A stretch of 64,000 nucleotides of DNA from Bacteroidales bacterium. Its GTDB lineage: Bacteria > Bacteroidota > Bacteroidia > Bacteroidales > 4484-276. This document shows positions 45,734-55,761 of the stretch, piece by piece. The translations under genes were made by a program, and so were the position numbers. The number at the start of each line of letters is the position of its first letter. The first letter of the stretch is position 1. Where the stretch lies: the NCBI GenBank assembly GCA_035647615.1, contig DASRND010000008.1, positions 45,565 to 109,564 of the forward strand. The letters run 5' to 3'. The notes beneath the pieces are model-generated. The model searched no databases. It saw only the letters and a program-made list of their open reading frames with translations, and was not told where the DNA came from.

Positions 45734-47254
45734 ATGAAAATATTTCCTGTCGAAAAAATCCGTGATGCCGATGCCCACACCATTGCCAACGAACCTATTG
45801 CCTCCGTCGATCTGATGGAAAGAGCCGCGCGCCAATGCTATCGCTGGATAAAAAAACATGTCGGTTGCAGTTATCCTATTCGCGTTTTTTGTGCGCCGGG
45901 CAACAATGGCGGTGATGGTTTGGTGGTGGCGCGCCTTCTGGCCCAAAAAGGGTATCAGGTGCAGGTGCATCTGGTGCGCGTTACCGACAAGAGCTCCGCC
46001 GACTTTACAACCAATCTGGAGCGTTTGCAAGAGATTCCGAAAGTCGCCATTAGCGAGATAAGCGACGGCAATAATTTTCCCGAAATTGCACCCGACGAGG
46101 TGGTGATTGATGCGATTTTTGGCTCCGGGCTTTCGCGTCCTGTCGAAGGCTTTACAGCCAGACTCATCCACCACATCAATGAGAGCGGCGCCATCATCAT
46201 CGCCATCGATATGCCTTCGGGGCTCTTTGCCGATAAACCTTCCACTGCCAAAGATGCATCCATCGTCCGCGCCGATTACACCTTGTCATTTCAATTTCCA
46301 AAGCAGGCATTTTTCTATCCCGAAAACGAAAGTTATGTTGGCCAGTGGGGAATTTTTGATATTGGCCTTTCGGCAGATTTCATTGCATCTGCACCGACGA
46401 ACAATTTTTATATTCAAAAATCGGATATTCAGCCTTTGCTGATGCCACGTCATAAGTTCGCACACAAAGGGACTTTTGGTCACGGCTTGCTCATTGCCGG
46501 CGGTTATGGAAAGATGGGCGCTGCGGTGATGGCAGCAGAGGCTGCTTTGCGTGCCGGTGCAGGTCTCGTTACGGCACACATCCCCGGGGCGGGTTACCAG
46601 ATCATACAAACGGCTCTTCCGGAATGCATGACCAGCATCGATGCTGATGAACACAATTTTACTGTGCTGCCCGAACATCTGGAGAACTATCAGGCCATCG
46701 CTGCCGGACCGGGTCTTGGAAAAAAGCCAGAAACACAAAAAGCACTCAAGCTCCTGATCCAAAACACGCCGGTGCCACTGCTTCTCGACGCCGATGCTTT
46801 AAATATCCTTTCGGAAAATAAGACCTGGTTGGCCTTTCTACCCCCGGAGAGTATTCTCACACCACATCCAAAAGAATTTGAACGGCTGATTGGGAAAACA
46901 AAAAATGGTTTTGAACGTCACGAGATACAACGTGATTTTTCGATAAAAAACAAAGTTTTTGTGGTGTTAAAAGGCGGTTACACCTGCATCTCCACCCCCG
47001 ACGGACGCTGCTTTTTCAATAGCACCGGCAACGCAGGCATGGGAACCGGCGGTACCGGCGACGTGCTTACAGGCGTGTTGCTGGGATTGCTGGCGCAATG
47101 TTACCCAACATTACACGCTTGCCTGCTGGGCGTTTATCTGCATGGATTGGCGGGCGACATCGCTGCGAGGAAGTTATCGATGCAGGCCATGATCGCCGGC
47201 GACGTTACCAAATATTTGGGCAAGGCCTATAAAAAAACACAGGACGCTTCGTGA
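45734..47254 (+). CDS. nnr: Bifunctional NAD(P)H-hydrate repair enzyme (epimerase + ADP-dependent dehydratase)
   Basis: The N-terminal YjeF_N domain has FCAPGNNGGDGLVVARLL. The C-terminal carbohydrate-kinase domain has HKGTFGHGLLIAGGYGKMGAAVMA and GNAGMGTGGTGDVLTG. I prefer the ATG at 45734. Confidence 0.92.
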   Translation: MKIFPVEKIRDADAHTIANEPIASVDLMERAARQCYRWIKKHVGCSYPIRVFCAPGNNGGDGLVVARLLAQKGYQVQVHLVRVTDKSSADFTTNLERLQEIPKVAISEISDGNNFPEIAPDEVVIDAIFGSGLSRPVEGFTARLIHHINESGAIIIAIDMPSGLFADKPSTAKDASIVRADYTLSFQFPKQAFFYPENESYVGQWGIFDIGLSADFIASAPTNNFYIQKSDIQPLLMPRHKFAHKGTFGHGLLIAGGYGKMGAAVMAAEAALRAGAGLVTAHIPGAGYQIIQTALPECMTSIDADEHNFTVLPEHLENYQAIAAGPGLGKKPETQKALKLLIQNTPVPLLLDADALNILSENKTWLAFLPPESILTPHPKEFERLIGKTKNGFERHEIQRDFSIKNKVFVVLKGGYTCISTPDGRCFFNSTGNAGMGTGGTGDVLTGVLLGLLAQCYPTLHACLLGVYLHGLAGDIAARKLSMQAMIAGDVTKYLGKAYKKTQDAS

Positions 47255-47289
47255 AATGTTGCCGAAACAACGCTTCACAAAACGTCCTG
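47240..47289. terminator. Hairpin between convergent nnr and V-ATPase K genes (possible terminator, no clear T-run)
   Basis: caggacg (47240-47246) pairs with cgtcctg (47283-47289), and an inner gtgaa pairs with ttcac. Confidence 0.3.
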
Positions 47290-47316
47290 AATGTGCTTAA
47301 TAAAACGTTCGTCTTA

Positions 47317-47811
<495 letters not shown>

Positions 47812-47849
47812 TTATTAAAAAATCTTTGATTGCTAATTCTAATCCATCA

Positions 47850-49688
47850 TTAAATCAAGTTTTCGCTTGCAGCCTCTTTCTTTTTCATAAAAGGCCTGTA
47901 AGGCTTGCCGCCACCTTGAAATCCTGCATTTTTATAAAATTCGACGAAAGTAAGACGCAACGGATGCACAAAAGCACCCAACGAAGCCATGAAAATATTG
48001 AGGCCATGGCCAATGAGCAATATCACCAAAAAGATGATTTGACTCACCACCGGAATACTGCCACTCATTTGCGAGGCCAGGTCGTTAAAAACATATCCCA
48101 AAATACCGCTCGAAACACCCAATGCAAACAGACGTATGTACGACAGCAAGTCGCCCATCACACCGGTAACCATCGAATAAACATCCCATAGTCCTCCACC
48201 AAAATTGATAAAAACATTTTTGCCGGGGTTGTTCATAAAAAGAATGAGTATGCCACTGACGCCGAGCAAAATGTATAGTAATATGGTGAACAGTTGCTGG
48301 TTATTATCGCTATGAACCATAAAAAGCACCGCCCCGCCAATGATGAGCAATATCCACCCTATAGTAGAAAGCGCATATTGGAAACCATACTGCCGCGTAA
48401 GGTTGATGACCTTGATGACCATGCCATAGAGAATCTGGATGGCGCCCAAAAGCAGGGCGAGATAAAACATCTTATCCGATTCGAGCATGTATTCGCGCAC
48501 GCCTGCAAGCCAGCTAACGCTGCCCTCGTCGTACATCTCTATCAGGTTGAGGCCAAAGAAGGTTCCCGTAAGGGCACCAAAAATAATGGTAGCCACGCCA
48601 AGCCATTGTGCGAGCGTAAGAATTCTTTTCATCATCCCACCCACACGGGGTTTGGCAATGGTAGCACCGATAATGAAAAGTAACCCATAGCCGGCATCGC
48701 CTAAGCAGAAGCCAAAGAACATCATAAAGAAAGGTGCGAAAAATGGAACGAGATCCATCTCGCCGTATTTGGGCAGCGAATAAAGGTTGCTGATAGGCTC
48801 GAAAAGCTTGCTGAAGTTTCCGTTTTTGAGCAGGATGGGAACTTTCTCTCCTTTTACAGGATTCTCCGTAAGGAAAAAGAGGTCGTGCTGTTTCAGAAAT
48901 TCATCTACAGCCACAACTTTTTGATTGGGCACCCAGCCCTGCAGGATGCGCAACTGATCGTCGGCTTCGGAAGCGCTGTTTTGCACCACATTGCTAAAGT
49001 TGATCTGGTCGAGCAGCTCGTTGCGGGCAGCAGTCAGTTTGGGTACAAAAGCACTTGCATAATTGCTAAAGTAGTTGCTGATTTCGGTAGCGCGCTCTTC
49101 GAGTTTTTCGCGCTCGGCTATAACTCCGGAGGCTGCCCGTTCGGGCGTTCGCACCTCTTCGGCCTCGATCTCGATAGCTTCCTTTCCGGTATCTACAATT
49201 ACGAAATACACCTGGCCATCGGTTTCGCTGATTACCTCAAGATTATATTGCTCAGCCCATTCCGGCTTGTATTTTCGCTGATTCGCCACATAAAAACGGA
49301 GTTTAAATCCGTTGGCTTCGAGCTTGTCGAACATGGCACGATCGAAATTGCCCCAGGGACGCAAAATCCGGTATAACTTTTCGAGCGATGCTCCCTTCTG
49401 CCTGTTGTCGTCGATTTCGACTTGCATGGCAGATATTTTATCGAGGATTTCCTGTGCCGAAAGATCGGTATCTGCAGTTGATCCTTCTCCTTCTTGAATC
49501 TTTGCCGATAGAAATTTAATGGTACGATCGTACTGCCTGAGTAGTTCAATCTTTTGCTGTGTTGCAGCGTCGGGTTCTACACCGCGATCGGCTACATCCA
49601 CCATTCCGAGATTTTGCAGATCATCAAGGAACTGCTCAAAGTCGGCGTGATGCACCAGCATCGAATATTTTTTCATGGGAAGAATCAT
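47850..49688 (-). CDS. V-type ATP synthase subunit I
   Basis: 612 aa. A soluble N-terminal coiled-coil half is followed by a multi-TM C-terminal half, with the conserved LSYIRLFALG region. It overlaps the subunit D stop by 4 nt. Confidence 0.9.
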   Translation of the reverse strand: MILPMKKYSMLVHHADFEQFLDDLQNLGMVDVADRGVEPDAATQQKIELLRQYDRTIKFLSAKIQEGEGSTADTDLSAQEILDKISAMQVEIDDNRQKGASLEKLYRILRPWGNFDRAMFDKLEANGFKLRFYVANQRKYKPEWAEQYNLEVISETDGQVYFVIVDTGKEAIEIEAEEVRTPERAASGVIAEREKLEERATEISNYFSNYASAFVPKLTAARNELLDQINFSNVVQNSASEADDQLRILQGWVPNQKVVAVDEFLKQHDLFFLTENPVKGEKVPILLKNGNFSKLFEPISNLYSLPKYGEMDLVPFFAPFFMMFFGFCLGDAGYGLLFIIGATIAKPRVGGMMKRILTLAQWLGVATIIFGALTGTFFGLNLIEMYDEGSVSWLAGVREYMLESDKMFYLALLLGAIQILYGMVIKVINLTRQYGFQYALSTIGWILLIIGGAVLFMVHSDNNQQLFTILLYILLGVSGILILFMNNPGKNVFINFGGGLWDVYSMVTGVMGDLLSYIRLFALGVSSGILGYVFNDLASQMSGSIPVVSQIIFLVILLIGHGLNIFMASLGAFVHPLRLTFVEFYKNAGFQGGGKPYRPFMKKKEAASENLI

Positions 49689-50293
49689 GCTATGGCCTCC
49701 TCAAGTTTTTGTTCCATGCGCGTCTTTACAATCTTTTGTGCCGCTTTGGAGAGGTTTTCTTCGTCTTCCATAAAACGTTTTATCTTTAAGATGGCTTCTT
49801 CGTAGCCCGGAATCTGTACCTTTTCGTAAAGGTTTACTTTCTGTGTGGTTTTTTTGCGGGCAAAGTCGAGCAGCTCGGTTTTGCGTACAAAAACATCGCG
49901 CTCCAGCGCCAGACGTGCCATCGATTTTAATATGGTGATACCCTCCAGAAACCACGATGGGCTGCTGAAGATACTGAAAGGCCGGATTTCGAATTCGATA
50001 TTTTCTAGTACCGGCGTTTTAACACCAGCAATTTTCTTCACCGAAAGCGAAACATCTTTTATGGCAAGCAGGTCGGGTTCAAATTCGCTCCACATACGCA
50101 GCAGCGCCGAGCCTTCCTGTTTGCGCTTCTCCAGATCTTCGTTCAAACGGTCAGCTTCGTTACGGGCTTTCTTCACCTCAACGCGCAACGCCGACTCCTT
50201 ATTTTTAAGCGTAGGCAATGCGTTAAGCCTTACCTTCAACTGCTTGTTAAGTGCCTGTAAAGAAGTTTTGTTATAATTAAATTTTATCGCCAT
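49685..50293 (-). CDS. V-type ATP synthase subunit D
   Basis: 202 aa, long helical and charged, placed between subunits B and I. Confidence 0.85.
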   Translation of the reverse strand: MAIKFNYNKTSLQALNKQLKVRLNALPTLKNKESALRVEVKKARNEADRLNEDLEKRKQEGSALLRMWSEFEPDLLAIKDVSLSVKKIAGVKTPVLENIEFEIRPFSIFSSPSWFLEGITILKSMARLALERDVFVRKTELLDFARKKTTQKVNLYEKVQIPGYEEAILKIKRFMEDEENLSKAAQKIVKTRMEQKLEEAIA

Positions 50294-50309
50294 AATTTAC
50301 AAACTGTTA

Positions 50310-51629
50310 TCAGGATGGCCAGAACTTACTGACGAACTCCTGCTTGATGCCAACCTCGGCGGGTTCAAAAAATTCGGCAAACAAGCCCCAGGTTCTGTCG
50401 AGCATCTCTTCGGCACCAATATTCACATCGATGGCCAGCAGGTCGTTGGCGTATCTTTTGGCGAAAGCCAGTGCCCGCTCATCGAAGTCGGTAAGGTCGA
50501 AACCATTTTCGAGCTTCGTCTTGGCATTCGCAGCCTCAGCGTAAAGCTTGATAGCAGCGTTCATCACCTGCCCATGGTCGCTACGTGTGTCTTTACCAAT
50601 CACGTTTTGTTTAAGCCGCGACAAACTGCGGAACGGGTCAATGATTACTTTAGAAATATCGCTGTCGTGGCGCAGGTAGAGCTGCCCTTCGGTAATGTAG
50701 CCGGTGTTGTCGGGGATGGCATGCGTAATGTCGCCACCCGAAAGCGTTGTCACGGCAATGATGGTAATGGAGCCACCGGATGGCAGTTGTACAGCTTTCT
50801 CGTAAATTTTTGCCAAGTCGCTGTAGAGCGATCCGGGCATGCTGTCCTTGCTGGGAATCTGGTCCATCCTGTTGGAAACGATGGCCAGCGCGTCGGCAAA
50901 AAGCGTCATGTCGGTGAGCAACACCAAAACGGTTTCGTTTTTTTCGACAGCAAAATATTCGGCTGCCGTGAGGGCCATGTCTGGGATGAGCAGGCGCTCT
51001 ACCGGCGGGTCGTCGGTGGTATTCACAAAGCTGATGATGCGGTCGAGCGCACCGGCATTGTCGAATACATTTTTATAAAATAAATAATCATCGTTGGTAA
51101 GCCCCATTCCGCCGAGGATGATCTTGTCGGCCTTGGCGCGCAATGCAACCATGGCCATCACCACGTTGAAGGGCTGGTCGGAGTCAGTAAAGAAAGGAAT
51201 CTTCTGCCCCGACACCAGCGAGTTGTTCATGTCGATGCCGGCGATACCGGTAAAGATCATGTTGCTAGGTTTTTTACGCTGAACGGGATTTACCGACGGG
51301 CCTCCGATCTCAACCTCCCGGCCTTCCACACGCGGACCACCATCGATGGGATCGCCGTATGCATTAAAAAAGCGTCCGGCCAGGGCATCGCTCACTTTGA
51401 GCGTGGGCGCCTTGCCCAGAAAGGTTACTTCGGCATTGGTTGGAATTCCCTCGGTACCACCGAAAACCTGCAGTGTAACGTTGTCGTCGATTATCTTTAC
51501 CACCTGCGCCATCTTGTCGCCAATCATGGCCAGCTCTTCGCTGCCTACGCCGGTGGCATGCAGCACACAGGTAGCTTTGGTAATCTGATCGATCCTGGTG
51601 TATATCTTTTGAAAAGCCTTTGTTTGCAT
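50310..51629 (-). CDS. V-type ATP synthase subunit B
   Basis: 439 aa of the non-catalytic A/V-type B-subunit pattern (...GQKIPFF..., ...PGSLYSDLAKIYE...). Confidence 0.93.
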   Translation of the reverse strand: MQTKAFQKIYTRIDQITKATCVLHATGVGSEELAMIGDKMAQVVKIIDDNVTLQVFGGTEGIPTNAEVTFLGKAPTLKVSDALAGRFFNAYGDPIDGGPRVEGREVEIGGPSVNPVQRKKPSNMIFTGIAGIDMNNSLVSGQKIPFFTDSDQPFNVVMAMVALRAKADKIILGGMGLTNDDYLFYKNVFDNAGALDRIISFVNTTDDPPVERLLIPDMALTAAEYFAVEKNETVLVLLTDMTLFADALAIVSNRMDQIPSKDSMPGSLYSDLAKIYEKAVQLPSGGSITIIAVTTLSGGDITHAIPDNTGYITEGQLYLRHDSDISKVIIDPFRSLSRLKQNVIGKDTRSDHGQVMNAAIKLYAEAANAKTKLENGFDLTDFDERALAFAKRYANDLLAIDVNIGAEEMLDRTWGLFAEFFEPAEVGIKQEFVSKFWPS

Positions 51630-51664
51630 AATAATGTATTAATGAGCTTTGTAAAATAGTTGTA

Positions 51665-53431
51665 TTAGGCTGTCGCAGCGACAGGGCGGTATTTTTTGAG
51701 TTCTTCGGTGAGTTGTTTATGAAATTTCTCAAATTCCTCCGACTCGAACTTCGTATAGTTCATTTGTTTCAGGATGTTGATGAGACTCCGGAAGTAGCTG
51801 TTGACCTCCTCAAAATGATCAAACTCGTAATCCTCCTTCAAGATGCCGATCACCAGATCCATCATATATTTCTGACGTTTGATAGGTGTTTGGGCATCCA
51901 CTTCGTCGAAAGCATCCTGTTGCAAAATCACAAAATCGAAAACTTCTGATTTCCAAAAGCGGATATGATATTCGATAGGCACCCCATCGTCGCCAAGGAT
52001 ATTGATTTGTTCGTAGGCCTCTTTGCCACGCACCAGCAGGTTCCGCGCATATTGAAGCTGATCAAACCATTCTTCGCCCACATTGTCGTGCAGATATTCG
52101 ATCACCTCGTCATATTCGAGATACTTGGAGTAGCTTTCGATGGGATCGACAGCGGGATAGCGTTTGCTATCGGCACGCGACTGCGACAAAGCATAAAAAC
52201 AACGCGCCACTTTTTTGGTCGATTCGGTCACAGGTTCTTTCAGGTTTCCACCTGCCGGCGACACAGTACCAATAAAGGTAATACTTCCGGTTTTGTCGTT
52301 TGGCAAAATCACATATCCGGCGCGGGAGTAGAAGTTAGAAATAATGGCAGGCAAATCCATGGGATAAGCATCCTGACCGGGCAACTCTTCCAGGCGATTC
52401 GACATTTCGCGCAGCGCCTGTGCCCAGCGTGAAGTAGAGTCGGCCAACATCAGCACCTTCAATCCCATCGCGCGGTAATATTCGGCAAGGGTCATGGCAG
52501 TGTAAACCGATGCTTCGCGGGCGGCCACGGGCATGTTAGAAGTGTTGGCGATAATGGTGGTACGTTCCATAAGGGTTCGTCCGGTACGTGGGTCGATGAG
52601 CTCTGGAAATTCAGTAAAAACCTCCACTACCTCATTGGCACGCTCACCACAAGCTGCCATCACGATCATGTCGGCCTCGGCATATTTGCTCAAAGCATGT
52701 TGCAGCACCGTTTTGCCGGTACCGAAAGCGCCGGGTGTAAAACCTGTTCCTCCTTCCACAATAGGATTGAGCGAGTCGATGCAGCGGACACCGGTTTCGA
52801 GCATACGGAAGGGCCGGGGCTTTTCTTTGTAAGCTCTGATGGGAACTTTTACAGGCCATTTCTGCGCCATGCGAACCTCATGCGTTTTGCCCTGGGTATC
52901 GGTGAGGATGGCTACCACATCAAGGATGGTGTAACTTCCGGCAGCAGCCACACTTTTCAAGGTAAATTTGCCTTCAAATTTAAAAGGTACCATGATCTTG
53001 TGGGGCATCCAGTTTTCTTTTACTTCGCCCAGCCAGGAGCCTGCTTCTACCAAATCGCCTACGCGTGCCAGCGGTTTAAATTCCCACTTCTTGTCGTCTT
53101 CGAGCGGATTGGTGTATTCGCCTCGATTCAGAAAAACACTTTCCATCTTATCGAGGTCATTTTGCAGGCCGTCGAAGTTTTTGGAGAGAATTCCGGGACC
53201 CAAAGTCACTTCGAGCATATGGCTCGTGAACTCCACCACCGTGCCTAACTTAAGGTTGCGTGTACTCTCAAAAACCTGCACATAGGCTTTTTTGCCCATT
53301 ATCTTGATCACCTCGGCCATCAGACGCACGTTATCATGAATGATGTAACATATCTCATTTTGGGCCACGGGTCCGTCAACGGTAACAATTACTAGATTGG
53401 AGATGATTCCGGATACTGATCCTTTTGTCAT
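51665..53431 (-). CDS. V-type ATP synthase subunit A (catalytic)
   Basis: 588 aa with Walker A GAFGTGKT, the non-homologous insert typical of A subunits, and SRWAQALREMS. Confidence 0.95.
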   Translation of the reverse strand: MTKGSVSGIISNLVIVTVDGPVAQNEICYIIHDNVRLMAEVIKIMGKKAYVQVFESTRNLKLGTVVEFTSHMLEVTLGPGILSKNFDGLQNDLDKMESVFLNRGEYTNPLEDDKKWEFKPLARVGDLVEAGSWLGEVKENWMPHKIMVPFKFEGKFTLKSVAAAGSYTILDVVAILTDTQGKTHEVRMAQKWPVKVPIRAYKEKPRPFRMLETGVRCIDSLNPIVEGGTGFTPGAFGTGKTVLQHALSKYAEADMIVMAACGERANEVVEVFTEFPELIDPRTGRTLMERTTIIANTSNMPVAAREASVYTAMTLAEYYRAMGLKVLMLADSTSRWAQALREMSNRLEELPGQDAYPMDLPAIISNFYSRAGYVILPNDKTGSITFIGTVSPAGGNLKEPVTESTKKVARCFYALSQSRADSKRYPAVDPIESYSKYLEYDEVIEYLHDNVGEEWFDQLQYARNLLVRGKEAYEQINILGDDGVPIEYHIRFWKSEVFDFVILQQDAFDEVDAQTPIKRQKYMMDLVIGILKEDYEFDHFEEVNSYFRSLINILKQMNYTKFESEEFEKFHKQLTEELKKYRPVAATA

Positions 53432-53460
53432 TTAAAAATATTTTGAGAATAAATAGATAC

Positions 53461-53907
53461 TTATTGTTGTAGCACAAAGTGCTGACCGTTAGACTGGAAC
53501 TCCCAATTTTGAGATTGATCGTCCCACGTAAAATCGCCGGTTTCGCCGGTGTTGCCGCCGCTAAGTTTCTGCACATGAATCGTATTCTTTTCAGCAGTGA
53601 GTTGATAAGTGTCGCCGCCGTTTTTAACGATGCGTGTTTGTTTTTCGACAGCATTCATTGCCAACGGATTACTACCCGACCAAAACTCGATGGAGTTGAG
53701 CACAATACCATCAGCGAGCAAAGTAACGGAGTAAACCGGAATCACAAGCATGGCAAAAAACACCAGCTCGGAACCCCACCGGCCATCAATATCCATATTC
53801 CAGTTGTAGAGATTATTGGTAAGCTGAAACGAACCGATGCAGCTTTGTTGAGTTAGTGTAGTTCCCAGCAGAATGACTGCCAGTAGTAGTACTTTTATCT
53901 TTTTCAT
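53461..53907 (-). CDS. DUF3332-like lipoprotein embedded in the V-ATPase operon
   Basis: It has a lipobox (TLTQQSC), then GSFQLTNNLYNWN...ELVFFAMLVIPVYSVTLLADGIVLNSIEFW, which matches my recollection of the DUF3332 signature. It has a 41-nt gap to the upstream gene and a 29-nt gap to subunit A on the same strand. Confidence 0.6.
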   Translation of the reverse strand: MKKIKVLLLAVILLGTTLTQQSCIGSFQLTNNLYNWNMDIDGRWGSELVFFAMLVIPVYSVTLLADGIVLNSIEFWSGSNPLAMNAVEKQTRIVKNGGDTYQLTAEKNTIHVQKLSGGNTGETGDFTWDDQSQNWEFQSNGQHFVLQQ

Positions 53908-53948
53908 ATCTTCCTTAATAATTTATTAATGAAATAAATTGTTGATGA

Positions 53949-54800
53949 TCAGGTACGTTTTATTTGTTGCAAATTAAATTCGTCGGGCAATTTATAATCG
54001 CGTGTAAGGCGGTCGAGCAACTGGTCGAACATGCTACGTCCGGTCTCCGGATCAAGGCGCATCCAGCGTTCGGCTATACTTAGCTGAAGCATAAAAGCCA
54101 GCAGGCGTTCGATGGTAAAATATTCGAAGAAGGTATGTTCGTCGATCCACTGCCATTTTAAAAGATCGAGATTTTTCTCGCGCTCGGTGATGGTGTCACT
54201 TTGCCAGGCAGCCAGAATTTTTTCTGTTTCTGCAAAGTCCTGCATCAGGCCAAAATCGCGTGCACTGCTACGCTGTATACTTTGCGTCACCACATTGTCG
54301 CCAATGAGCTGATTGGACAGCGGCATCTCGTGCTCGCGCAAAGCCATCGCTGTGGTTACATTAGTAAAATCGAGCAGGAAGCTATAGTATTTGCGAAGAA
54401 AATCGTTGTTGAGCGACAGCAGGTGGTCATAGAAATGCTTGTCGAGAACAGCTTCCCAAGGCATCTCATTATTGTCGCGTTCGTCATTTTTAAACTGCGT
54501 AATAAAATCGCGCATGTAATTCGGAATCCGGTCATCGCTTTCGCGGATTTCTTCTTCGAGGAGGTCGCGGCTATAGTTGGCCATCTCTTGCCACGGCTTG
54601 TCGTTTTTGAGCAGCAGGCTGAGCAGATTTTGATTGTCGTATTTCAAAAACAGCACTTCTATCAGCGCATAGTCGTCGGGATGCAGCGTCTTGCGAAACT
54701 CTTCTTTAAAAGCTTCTACCGACACCTTGGCTCTGTTTTCGTCGAGAAAAAGATCAGGGAGCCCGGCAACCTCGTAATAATAATGGCGTTTGAAAAGCAT
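53949..54800 (-). CDS. DUF2764 family protein (V-ATPase subunit C-like component of Bacteroidota operons)
   Basis: I prefer the ATG at 54800 (MLFKRHYYYEVAGLPDL...), directly after the subunit E stop at 54802. The longer listed ORF would overlap subunit E by 143 nt. The position between E and A is typical. Confidence 0.7.
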   Translation of the reverse strand: MLFKRHYYYEVAGLPDLFLDENRAKVSVEAFKEEFRKTLHPDDYALIEVLFLKYDNQNLLSLLLKNDKPWQEMANYSRDLLEEEIRESDDRIPNYMRDFITQFKNDERDNNEMPWEAVLDKHFYDHLLSLNNDFLRKYYSFLLDFTNVTTAMALREHEMPLSNQLIGDNVVTQSIQRSSARDFGLMQDFAETEKILAAWQSDTITEREKNLDLLKWQWIDEHTFFEYFTIERLLAFMLQLSIAERWMRLDPETGRSMFDQLLDRLTRDYKLPDEFNLQQIKRT

Positions 54801-54801
54801 G

Positions 54802-55419
54802 CTATTTGATTTCGTCAAAAAATTTACGGGTCCGCGGGCGGAGATATTGGTTGAAGAATAATTTAAAATCCTCATCAGTAAAGCTAATCTTATAGCTGCC
54901 ATCTTTGGGTCCAAGCTTAAAGCCGCTTTTGATACCTTCTTCAAAGTCGATGTTCACACCACCTTTCACTTTTTCAGCCACCTTCTTCGTAAGGACACCT
55001 TCGAGCTGTTTGTGGTCTTCTTTCGACATAAATACGGTAATATCTTTTCCATGCTGCTCTATCTGATCCCAGTTGTCGGCCATTTTGAGCAAAAGATTTT
55101 TTACAAAATCCTTGTCATCAAAGGCCTGATCGATGGCCTCATTTACAGCTTTGTCGACCAACAAATCGGTGATGCGTTGTTTGATGCTTGTAACAGCCTG
55201 CCGGGTGGTCATCTGTAACTCCGAATCGGTATTTTTCTTAAGCTCTTCGGAAGATTGGCGTGCATCAGCTAGAATCTTCTCAGCATCGGCACGCGCTGTT
55301 TTTAGTATCTCTTCTGATTCTTTTTTGGCTTTAGCCACAAGATCGGCTGCTTCTTTCTTTCCTTTTTCAACACCTTCGTCGTAAATACGTGTTGTTAGTT
55401 CCTGCAGTTTATCATTCAT
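54802..55419 (-). CDS. V-type ATP synthase subunit E
   Basis: 205 aa. It has an N-terminal long charged helix (EEGVEKGKKEAADLVAKAKKESEEILKTARADAEKIL) and a globular C-terminus. It is the first gene of the operon. Confidence 0.8.
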   Translation of the reverse strand: MNDKLQELTTRIYDEGVEKGKKEAADLVAKAKKESEEILKTARADAEKILADARQSSEELKKNTDSELQMTTRQAVTSIKQRITDLLVDKAVNEAIDQAFDDKDFVKNLLLKMADNWDQIEQHGKDITVFMSKEDHKQLEGVLTKKVAEKVKGGVNIDFEEGIKSGFKLGPKDGSYKISFTDEDFKLFFNQYLRPRTRKFFDEIK

Positions 55420-55464
55420 AGTTTATTTGCTAAAAGTTGCTTAACACAATGCTGTAAAAGTCCG

Positions 55465-55472
55465 CAAAGATA
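55465..55472 (-). promoter_or_regulatory. Candidate -7 box (TATCTTTG) for the V-ATPase operon
   Basis: The reverse complement of caaagata lies 46 nt upstream of the subunit E ATG at 55419. Confidence 0.45.
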
Positions 55473-55722
55473 AATGATTTGTATCGACCTATTATAGTTA
55501 AAGCATTCTAAAAAAATAGAATCACACAAATCGGAGCACAACTTTAACCTGATCGATCAGAAATTATTATAGCCTTCTTTGAAACAAATAAAATTATCAA
55601 CGTTCTGTAAGCAATTGAAAGAGCTGAAAACACGCGGCCGCAGCGGATTTATCGTTAAATTGTGCTCGCAGTGTTTGATAACTTTACCACCCCGCTTCAC
55701 CCAAATCAGGAGGCTATTAACT

Positions 55723-55730
55723 TATTTTTG
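55723..55730 (+). promoter_or_regulatory. Candidate -7 box (TATTTTTG) for parE
   Basis: It fits TAnnTTTG and lies 32 nt upstream of the ATG at 55762. Confidence 0.4.
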
Positions 55731-55761
55731 CCTCCCGGACAATTAGCAGGAAAACAAATTA

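Noticed and set aside
54801-54944. Longer start for the DUF2764 gene (331-aa ORF)
   Set aside because: It would overlap the V-ATPase subunit E coding region by 143 nt. The ATG at 54800 directly abuts the subunit E stop and begins the conserved sequence.
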